A stretch of DNA of 64,000 nt from Bugula neritina (taxonomy: Eukaryota > Animalia > Bryozoa), in contig OZ037767.1 in assembly GCA_964035545.1 (NCBI GenBank), forward strand, positions 12,038,581-12,102,580, given 5' to 3'. Shown here in pieces: positions 1 through 10,000 of the stretch. Made by a program: the position numbers and the translations under genes. The notes under the pieces were generated by a model. The model did not search any database, was not told where the DNA came from, and worked only from the letters and a program-made list of their open reading frames with translations. Each line of letters begins with the position of its first letter. Within the stretch, counting starts at the first letter, position 1.

Positions 1-258
1 ACTGATACAAAGAGTGAGGGTAGTGGAACTCTTGAGTAAACATGAAATCTGTAGTTTCTAATCCCATACTTCTGCCTCCTTTCATTTTGTCTCCATCGGC
101 ACACAACAAGTTATCAACTCACACGAAAAGAGTCCAACTGAGTAGTCTGTGAGAGTTTCATTGCATTGTGTGTCATGTTAACAGACTACTATTCACTGTA
201 CAATGACTCTGTATTGTCAGTTTAATGTCGATTTGACAACCCAGGTGTCTACCTTTAG

Positions 259-3200
259 GTACTCTCCAATCCATTTGATGACATCATACCCAGAGAAGTT
301 GTTAGACCAGAGAAGAAAGAACACAAGCCAAAGAAATCACACTCAAAAGGGAAAAAGTGGGTACTCTGTTACATAGTTGCTAGCCCATAATGGTTTTGTA
401 TATTTGTTATAAACCATCACCAATTACATGATAATATGTGAACATATTGACATATACTATATATAGGATATAGTACTACATATTATGTATATAATAACAC
501 TACATGTATAACATATAGTTAACGTAATATTACATCTCTATATAAAACACGTACATAAGAAGTATAAAGTAGTATGCAAGTTTCATATGTTACCAAAGCA
601 CACACATATTATATATACATTATATATGCATTCAAGTAATGGCTGCAGTATGTATATTATGAGATATTATGGACTGTTGAGTTACACCCGTATCATACTT
701 GTAGGTTACTCATATATTTAGAAGTATGATATGCACTTGGTACTATTCAGTATGTTGCTTTGCATTAGTTTTAATATTTCTAGCTTTTGTATCCTTTTTC
801 ATCACATGGTGCTGCCAGTGTATATAATATGTTGATTGCTCTGTTCTCAGCTTTACTTGAAATTTTATCTAATTTGGTCCATTTCTTGCTTTTCAGAGAT
901 TTCAAACTCCTTTCATTTGGTGAAGAAGCAGAAGAAGATGAAGAGTTGAATAACAAAGTTGTGGAGGTGAGTAGTAGAGTTATTAAGGTGAGTAGTAGAG
1001 TTATTAAGGTGAGTAGTAGAGTTATTGAGGTGAGTAGTAGAGTTATTAAGGTGAGTATTAGAGTTATTAAGGTGAGTAGTAGAGTTATTAAGGTGAGTAG
1101 TAGAGTTATTAAGGTGAGTAGTAGAGTTATTAAGGTGAGTATTAGAGTTATTAAGGTGAGTAGTAGAGTTATTAAGGTGAGTAGTAGAGTTATTAAGGTG
1201 AGTAGTAGAGTTATTAAGGTGAGTAGTAGAGTTATTAAGGTGAGTAGTAGAGTTATTAAGGTGAGTAGTAGAGTTATTAAGGTGAGTAGTAGAGTTATTA
1301 AGGTGAGTAGTAGAGTTATTAAGGTGAGTAGTAGAGTTATTAAGGTGAGTAGTAGAGTTATTAAGGTGAGTAGTAGAGTTATTAAGGTGAGTAGTAGAGT
1401 TATTAAGGTGAGTAGTAGAGTTATTAAGGTGAGTAGTAGAGTTATTAAGGTGAGTAGTAGAGTTATTAAGGTGAGTAGTATAGTTATTAAGGTGAGTAGT
1501 AGAGTTATTAAGGGGAGTAGCAGAGTTATTAAGGTGAGTAGCAGAGTTATTAAAGTGAGTAGTAGAGTTATTAAGGTGAGTAGTAGAGTTATTAAGGTGA
1601 GATACAGGCAGGTCTAACAGAATAAACATGACTTCACTGCAATCTCTGCAGACAATGAGAAGTAAAGGTAAAAGTGCTCACGATTTGACAGATGATCCTA
1701 GACTGAGCTCCACAACTGGAAATGTTGAATCAGTAGAGCCTGAAGAGATCAATGAGGTTTCACAGGAAAAGTCTTCTCTGGTCCAGGAGGAACTCAGGCA
1801 GTCTAGTATTTCTCCTAAGGAGTCTCATTCACAGGGTTCATCCAAACTGTAAGTACACGTATTATGTAGTAAGTGTAGTACTTCATCTAAACTGTAAGTG
1901 TAAGTATTCTGTAGTCTGCAGTGGTTAGTAGTGCACATTATATTGCATGTTGGTACTACATGCAGCATGTGTTGTAATGAATATCTTCCATCACTGGACA
2001 TGTTTCTCACAACTGCTCCCATATACAATATGTATATTATTTTGGTAATATAAATATCAACAAAAACAAATACATGTATTAGAATATCCAAGTTATCTCC
2101 AGAAAAGATGTTTTGTTAACAGCAGCTTTAGTTTTATAGAGTGTAACTTTAGTTCTAAACTAAGTAGTCTCAGATATGTATAGTGTAGTACAATAGTGCT
2201 TAGTTTACACTGTGCTTCAGTACAATTGTAGTACTGATAGTCAATAAGACCAACTGTGTCAATATATTAATAATTAGTTATTAGTCAGTTGTGTATTTCA
2301 CTAGAGAAGAACTGAGAAATGAACGCAAAGCTCTGCAGAGAGAGATGAAAGATGTTAAGAATAAAGCAGAAACCAAATCAATAGAAAATGATGAGTCAGA
2401 GAAAGGTAACCCTTGAGACTATTATGTGGCAGTAGTGGTGATGATGGTGATGGTGCTAGTAGTAGTGGTATTGGTGTAATGTTATGCAACGACACTTTTT
2501 TAGAATCCAAGACTAGTATTTCAAAGGCTGTTGAAGAATTTAACAGGGAAAAAAAAGAATTCTTACAAATGAAAAAACAGATTCCTAAGAAAGGTATAAT
2601 TGCATAGTTTTTATTATTATAGCCCAAAATTTAATCTATTGAATATGGGGGTGGTTGCCAAGACTTCTCTATATTACAATAACTGACTGCATTCCTAGGG
2701 TTACTTCCTCCTACATAGGCTTGCTTCTCGGCACACTTCATGCTACTGTAGTGGTTAGCCAACCAGCTACATGTAACCAGGTAGACTGATGGTGGTTTCT
2801 GTCTGTTAGGATCATCAAAGAGAGAACAGGAAACTCTGGCTCTGTTAAACAAGTTTCGCAGTAAATTGAATAGTGCACAGAGATTGGCCGAAGAGCACGG
2901 TGAGAGTAAGGTGAAGGACAATTCTGCTCCTGCATCTTCCAACAAGGAAGGTGATGATGCGGAGGAGGAAACTGATGAGGGATGGTGAGGCATGCATATA
3001 TATGCTGAGTATATTGTGGTATACATGGTACACGCATAGTACACGCATGGTACGCGCATGGTACGCGCATGGTACACGCATAGTACACGCATGGTACGCG
3101 CATGGTACGCGCATGGTACGCGCATGGTACGCGCATGGTACGCGCATGGTACGCGCATGGTACGCGCATGGTACACGCATGGTACACGCATGGTACACGC

Positions 3201-3955
3201 ATGGTACACGCATGGTATACACTATACATGATATACACAGATATACTGAGTATGTTGCGGTACACACGGATCGCTAGCAAAGGCTTTGCATAGAAGACAA
3301 AGTAGCGCTGTTTTGTGCAGTAAGCATGCAGACTTCATGCTCAACAAATACAGCAAAAACTTACTGTGGCAGTACTATCATTGACTTAGTATTAATTAAT
3401 GAGTTTACTTTTTGACATTTTGGTTTCACGTTTTTCAACTGATTGCATATTATTGAAGGTCATGAATGCGATTTCAAAACGAAATCATTTACAAACTTAG
3501 GTGGTGAGGCCATGAGCAAATTCGATTGGTCACTCAGGTTTTGCTCCCGCTGTCTATGTGCGTGTTGTGTGAAGCAGGTCACTTCCGCAGCAGGTTTTTA
3601 TCACATTTCATGTGGCAGGACTGTAAGTGGACTGTTGATATTGCTGTTGTACACTCAAAAGTATGATTTGTGAGAGTATGACAACAGTTTGTAAATATTT
3701 GTATCTAAAAAGGTTGCCAGTAGCCCCATATCCCAATGGCTGAGTATACACATGTTTGTACAGAAGCTGGTATGTTGCAGGATGTCAAGTACTTTGAAGT
3801 TTGGTGACTCCCATGCTAAGGTTCTGGATGCCAATGTCACAGATGTAGACAGATATGAAATCTATGATCCTAGAAACCCGATGACCAAACGCAGACGAGA
3901 AGAAGCAAAACACGAGTCTAAGCGTCAGAAGAAGGAGAAAGAGCAAGTGTTGTAA
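259..3955 (+). CDS. CWC27: Spliceosome-associated cyclophilin CWC27 homolog, 3' part (PPIase exons lie upstream of the window)
   Basis: Phase-consistent GT-AG exons 259-356, 897-966, 1652-1848, 2305-2405, 2504-2593, 2810-2984, 3781-3955. They translate to VLSNPFDDIIPRE...DFKLLSFGEEAEEDEE...MRSKGKSAHDLTDDPRLSS...SKREQETLALLNKFRSKL...WMSSTLKF...YEIYDPRNPMTKRRREE*, motifs recognised as CWC27/SDCCAG10. Confidence 0.93.
967..1602 (+). repeat. 21-bp minisatellite (GTGAGTAGTAGAGTTATTAAG) x30 starting at the CWC27 splice donor
   Basis: Read directly; units run from 967 to a final GTGAGA at 1597 (630/21 = 30). Confidence 0.98.
1837..1915 (+). repeat. Two-copy 45-bp duplication of a CWC27 exon/intron junction
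   Basis: TTCATCCAAACT|GTAAGT at 1837-1854 recurs as TTCATCTAAACTGTAAGT at 1882-1899. Confidence 0.8.
3017..3218. repeat. 11-bp minisatellite (GCATGGTACRC)n in a CWC27 intron
   Basis: About 17 units, beginning about 35 nt after the donor at 2985. Confidence 0.95.
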
Positions 3956-4329
3956 CAGCTGATATATTCCTCATTGTATATAGTAACATTGCAACAACCA
4001 GACTGTCCAAGACTTCCTTCACACGTTCCTTCAATCTAAAACATATTATCTCTTTAAATGTTCCCTTTTGTAGACAAGCTGATTTTTATCTGAGCAGTGT
4101 GATGTAAGATATATGTTTTGCCATGATATATATGCCTTTTATATGTTGCTTAGAGTCTGTTTATGTTGCTATAAAGTTAGAAGATGTCTCTGTAAATATA
4201 AATGCATTACCAGACTGTCACCATCTTTATTTTATTAACATTCAAGTGATTTTCATACTGTAAGGGTCAAGATAGATTCCTTCTTTGTTCATTAAACCTT
4301 TTTTGTATTTCAATTCCGCACTCCCATGC

Positions 4330-4400
4330 GCACACACACTTACACATGCATGAACACACACACACACACACACGCACGCACACAAGCACACACACACACA
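4330..4400. repeat. Imperfect (CA)n microsatellite
   Basis: Read directly. Confidence 0.9.
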
Positions 4401-4940
4401 GCTTGATTTACCTTTCAACGACAATTGAATTATCTGCTATACTTTATCACTCTACTCTCTCAGTCCATGTGCTGACAGGTTTACTGCATGCAGTACTTCT
4501 ATCATAAAGTGAGACACCAACAAAGACAGTAAAGTCCTCCAGGCAATAATTATCCTGTAACACATGGAACAGTATAAAACAAGTCTACTGGCAGAAATGG
4601 TTCTTATATTCACACATAAGGAGATAACCATATAATATAATATGTACATGACTACAATATTGTGACAGATTAGCTGTAATATTGTGGTTAGTTTCATATA
4701 CCTTCTATAATCATATGGCACATCAGCAGTTACTTTGACTGTATGTAATCAACAAATGTGCTGATATAGCTGCTAAGTAGGTGCTTAGCTTCAAAATGCT
4801 ATACTTTGATGAAGTATGTTTCTCCAACCAACAGGAAATTCTAATTGACTGCTGACAAGAGCTTCTGCTGCTGAAAGCAAATACCTTGCCACTAATTGTC
4901 TTCTTCCGCAGTAATTATGTAGTGTTGAGTTTACCCAGTG

Positions 4941-5011
4941 GCCTCCGTGGTGTAATGGTAGCACACTTGCTTGCAAGCCAGAGAACTCGGGTTCGATTCC
5001 CAGTGGGGGCA
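4941..5011 (+). pseudogene. tRNA-like sequence (tRNA pseudogene or tRNA-derived SINE head), copy 1; anticodon ambiguous (GCA/TGC)
   Basis: Acceptor stem GCCTCCG/TGGGGGC plus discriminator A; A-box TGGTGTAATGG; B-box GGTTCGATTCC. The anticodon arm CTTGC-TTGCAA-GCCAG is imperfect (one mismatch, 6-nt loop). Confidence 0.7.
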
Positions 5012-5165
5012 ATTATTTTACAAGCTATTTCGGCCTTTAGTGACGTGTAGTTGTAGTACTCCGAGGGAGTTGAGTGGCCAGGAGAGCCTGATAATTGAAG
5101 GAGTAGTAGATAGGCCAGTGGAGTTCAAAGAACTGGGTGGGATGTAGTGTTGAGTTTACCCAGTG

Positions 5166-5230
5166 GCCTCCGTGGTGTAGCACACTTGCTTGCAAGCCTG
5201 AGGACTTGGGTTCGATTCCCAGTGGGGGCA
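5166..5230 (+). pseudogene. tRNA-like sequence, copy 2, with a 6-nt D-loop deletion
   Basis: Near-identical to copy 1, 225 bp downstream, with the same 5' flank ATGTAGTGTTGAGTTTACCCAGTG and 3' flank ATTATTTTACAA. Confidence 0.7.
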
Positions 5231-6238
5231 ATTATTTTACAAATTATATAGTGATAGTGTGCTAAATAGATTTCAAATGGATTTTTATGCTGTTTTTATC
5301 AATTTGCCGCACTGTGCACTAGCTGTTACCAACGTTGTTAAAGCTCTAGTGAGGCGATATATTAAGAATCTATTATGCTTAGGATTTGGTGGGGCGTAGA
5401 CTCACCCCAAACTATGCTATCAACATATAGTTTGAGAGGGCTCAATGCTGTAAAGAGAATCTGAACCAAATGCCCTTCACAAACTTTTTAAGGTTTGATC
5501 ATCTAACCTACTTGGATCAAGTGTGTTTGCTACACGAGCTTATTATAGGACAAGCCTAAACTTCAGTGTTGTAATGAGTAGCACATAATGCAGTGTATAT
5601 ACTAATAAATATAAAGGATGTATTTCTAGTCACCAAAATCTTGACAGCAACTAGCCTACTCAATTATGTGTAATTCTGCCTCAATTATTTATATTATTGC
5701 AAGCATTATATAATATTATAATATAAATATGTAAATTGTCATAGACATAGAACATATAATTTTTCATAGTGAATAATTGCTTACAGCATCATCAATATTT
5801 CACAGTTTCTTGCAACATGAGTGTCTCAGCCTGTAGTAAACAAGGCTTAATTCAGATTACAAGTTAAATATCAAGTATGAGACATGATCATATCATCAGA
5901 GAACCATGGCATTAAATTTTAGTATGTAATTGAAAACCTGAACAATATGTTATCATAATCGATGATATTAATAATGTTAGCAAGTTTCTCGTGAATGGCA
6001 AACTTGTAGCTGAAAATTTTGCAGGGTTTCTGCAACTTTAATGTAAAGTTTACAATAATTATAATTTTCACTATATATTGCAAAAAAGATGTCTATGCTA
6101 CATAGATTTTTTATCACCTATCTAAGCATTGCGCTTCCATTATTTCGAATTATGTGAAATGATACTCCCCGCAGGTGAATTTGTGGTTTGCATTAGCTTA
6201 TGGTTGTGACTTGTGGTTTCATTCGATGCAACTGTTTC

Positions 6239-6723
6239 TTAGTTCTTCAATCATGCCTATTCACACTCTACACAAATTCAAACTAATACTGCTCTCACAT
6301 AAACCTTACTATTCTCAACTAACACATCTCACACATAACTATCCCACAAGATTTTCAGAGTTCAGCCTACAAACTCCTCCATCATCAACTGCTGCAGGTC
6401 AACGAAGAGTGGAATTCCAATGTTCGTCGCTATGGAATAAATTGCCTAGTTCTATTCGTGCTGTGGAGAGGGAGGCTGGTTTCAAATTTGCCCTGAGAGA
6501 CCACCTAATGGCAAATTTCCAGATAAAAAAATAAAACTCTTTGAGTTGCTAAAACTTCCAAAAACCTAAACAAAAATCTTATATAACTGTCAACCATTCA
6601 TGGCTCGGCGCCTCGACTAGCTACAGTGCTATTGCGCCATAGGCCCTGTCATTTTGTTTATTTTTTCTCAATTAATTTTTTTTCTCCAACTACGACAAAA
6701 TAAAACAAACAAACAAACAAACA
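6239..6723 (+). mobile_element. 5'-truncated non-LTR retrotransposon (CR1/L2-group-like) 3' end
   Basis: ORF remnant ...HNYPTRFS...GQRRVEFQCSSLWNKLPSSIR...FKFALRDHL resembles a LINE ORF2 C-terminus (WNxLP). It has an AATAAA followed by an (AAAC)n tail, and a 9-bp TSD AACTGTTTC at 6230-6238 and 6724-6732. Confidence 0.85.
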
Positions 6724-7074
6724 AACTGTTTCCAAACATTGAATGCTTGAAAGTGCAGTGATGGTGATGGGCAGCTTAATGTATTTGGTTGCCAATACAG
6801 AAAAGACTGCTCGAACTCTATGTTACAGAGTTAGCTTCCTCCATTCCAAGTTAATATGCTTAATGGAGTTATCTGTTCCTTAGTTTGGTTTCTGCTCGAA
6901 CGTGTGGCAGTACATTATTTTTGATTTGCTGAGAATGCTTAAAGTTCTAGTTGTGAATCCGCAACTCAAAAGTCAAATCGTACTTCAAAGCTCATGAAGT
7001 TATCGTCACAAAAAGTCTAGAGGTGTAACAATTTTGGTTAAGAAAAAATCTAGCGAGTCGCTTGCTCGATAGTG

Positions 7075-10000
7075 ATGGCTGCTAATATTGTATCTGGTGG
7101 CCGGCTTTCTGCCACAAATTTATTAAGACGTTTTCGATGTGTCTGTGGATACTCTCTGAGCCCATCTTTACAGGTACAAAAATGCAACATTTTAGATTGA
7201 AGTGTTTAAAGAGTGTTTTGTTTTATAAGTTTTAATCAAATAGCTGTCAACTTGAACTTGAACTTGAAGTTGAGCTTCAACTTCAAGTTCAACTCATGAA
7301 CTTCAAGTTTAACAGTTTAATTTCAAGTCATAAGTGCAATTTAATTTTTATTTTATAGCCAAACTCAAAGTCAATCAAAACGTCATAGTTTACTTTCACT
7401 TTCACTTTGAATTTCAGTTTCAGTTTGAACACCACTTTAAGTTTAAGTGTATCAGTGATGGTCAAATACTCATACTCAACTGATAGTCATAGTGACTCAG
7501 ACTGAGACTGTGATACTGATTGTAATTAATAAGTAATACTAATAGTATTACTATTACTATTAGTATTACAGACACAGTCACCATCAGGCATCAGTATCAC
7601 TATGAGTATGACAATGACTATTTGTAACTCACCTCGTAACTCACCTCATCAAAATTAGAACACTGCTAACACCTACAGGCGCAAAATTATGAGTTCCTTT
7701 TATGTTGTTTTTGTTTGGGTTTATCATATGTTGTAATAGAATTAGTATCACTGTATTACTATTAGACCCAGTATCATTATTACTATTAGTATTAGTATTA
7801 GTATTACATTTAGGTTTACTATTCATACTCGTATTAAAAGTTACTATAACTATTAGTATTAGTATGTAGTATATTACGCGGCTATAAGTATATAACGATT
7901 AACAATGGGTTACTGTCATTTCGTACACAAACTGCTGTCTATTGTGGTAAATATCAGAGTTACCCTCCCTTATTACACACCACCATAAGAACGCTAATCT
8001 AACATTAACTTATTATAACTAGCATTGCCCTTTCCCCTGTTTCTAATTATAACTCACACTTGGTTAAGACTAATTTTTGCTGATTCATGTAAACCGACAG
8101 TTGGACCGAGTTCGGCTCGCGGATGCCGATAGACCGAATATCGGTTGCCGACATGACCAGTGTCAGTTACCGACATGACGAATGTCGGCATGCCCGACCG
8201 AACTTCGGCCCCGCTGTCGGTCGAAGGTTCCGGAAACCTTTTGTTCTGTCAATATAAAAGGAAGCCCATTTCGAGCTTCAGTCACTTGAGGACTCGAGCT
8301 CGGACTGGAAGGATCAAAATTACAATAAAGATATACAGCACACACTATTTCAACACTCTCTCTTATCTCTTCTACAACAAGGAGTTATGTTCTCTGCCTG
8401 ATTCCATTCAATAACCCACAAATTACTACACTATTACATACACAAAATGAATAATAAATTAATCCACTACAATGATACTAGTTTACTTATTTAATTTTAT
8501 TGCATTCCATCAAGTATCTTTCACACCTCCCTTGTCACCTATTGATCAATGTTTTATACTAATCTGTTATGATAAATGCGTTAATATTTAGTTTCATATA
8601 ATTAATATATTAATATATTGTCTAATAATTGTTAATATTATGTAATGTGTGAACTATTTGTGAGTACTACTGTATGAATCATACATTGAATAGGAAACAA
8701 ATATCAAAAATTATGTATTTGGATTAATTTCTATTGATGTTTAAATTTAACTGCGTATAGCATTAACTATTACTATAGTCTATAAATATAAGGCATAAGC
8801 CAATAGCTATAAGTATAAGGGTTTTTCTTCAAACAACTATAAATATCACTATTTATTTAATTTATTATCTAAGACTAATAGTAATTCTACTGTTTTGTTT
8901 TAGACCTTTAGTTTCATTTTTAGTTGTAGTTTTAGTTTTGCCTTTGAGTTTATCATTGTTAGTTTTTTATTCTTTAGTAATACAGCCTTACAAATGGCAA
9001 GGTTGGGGGTAAATTACATATAAATGTAATTAATTACAATTACTTGAAGATTTGTCAATTACAATTATAATTACAGCTAAAAAGTAATGTAATTAATTAC
9101 AATTACAATTGCATGGTAATGTAATTAATTACAATTACAAATACTTTTGTTCTCACAACGGATAACTAGAAGTTATACAATGTCACTTCTAGGGTCCAAT
9201 GTTGACAGTGGTGAACCTCCTTTGTTCTCAACAGTGATACTATAGGGTCATTCCATGCCAAATCAACCAAATTTTAAGAGGTCCCACGCCTTTGCTTCTC
9301 AGATTTTGCTCATATTTACACCAAATGGACCTACACATGTCCGGAGTACTATTTGTAAATATTTCTGACTTGACACAAAACTTTTTGAGAAATGACTACT
9401 TTTGTGAACAAAAGTTGGGAAATATTTTGAGGAAAATTTGTGATGTATACTTTTAGACCAAGTTATAAACGTCTATATCTTGACCATTTTTCTAGACTGA
9501 GCCTTATAATTTGATGTGGAGAATATTTGAAATTTTTTTCAAGATTTACAAAAACTTTGCCCATATTCAATTTTTTTTCTCATCTATATCTGCTTTGTCC
9601 TGTTCGGGTAGAGGGTAGCCCACATTCAATGGCTTAGAATATATGCACACAAAGTATTCTGTAATATGTGTTGCTACTAATGCAAATTGATAGGTGTTAT
9701 AAAGTCGCACAGCAAATTTTAAGGCTCTCTAGAAAAATGGTAGAGATATGGACGCTTATAAATTGGTCTAAAAGTAGAAATCACAAATTTTCCTCGAAAT
9801 TTTTCTCTACTTTTGTCCACAAAAGTAGTCATTTCTCAAAAAGTTTTTTTATCAGGCCAGGAATATTTAAGAAGTGTACTCAGTACATGTGTAGGTTTAT
9901 TTGGTGTAAATATTAACAAAAATCTGAGACGCAAAGGTGCCGCCATTTGGTGAGTTGGCATGGAATGACCCTATACTATACTGACTTAATCTGAACTTGT

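Noticed and set aside
913-1629. 238-aa antisense (HLNNSTT)n ORF, and the 276-aa + ORF taken as a stand-alone gene
   Set aside because: Translation of the 21-bp intronic minisatellite; only 897-966 is a supported exon.
2631-3293. Several overlapping repetitive ORFs (TMRVPCAYHAR etc.)
   Set aside because: Artefacts of the stop-free 11-bp repeat.
4941-5011. Functional tRNA-Cys call
   Set aside because: The anticodon stem-loop cannot be folded canonically and the T-stem is mismatched; reported as tRNA-like only.
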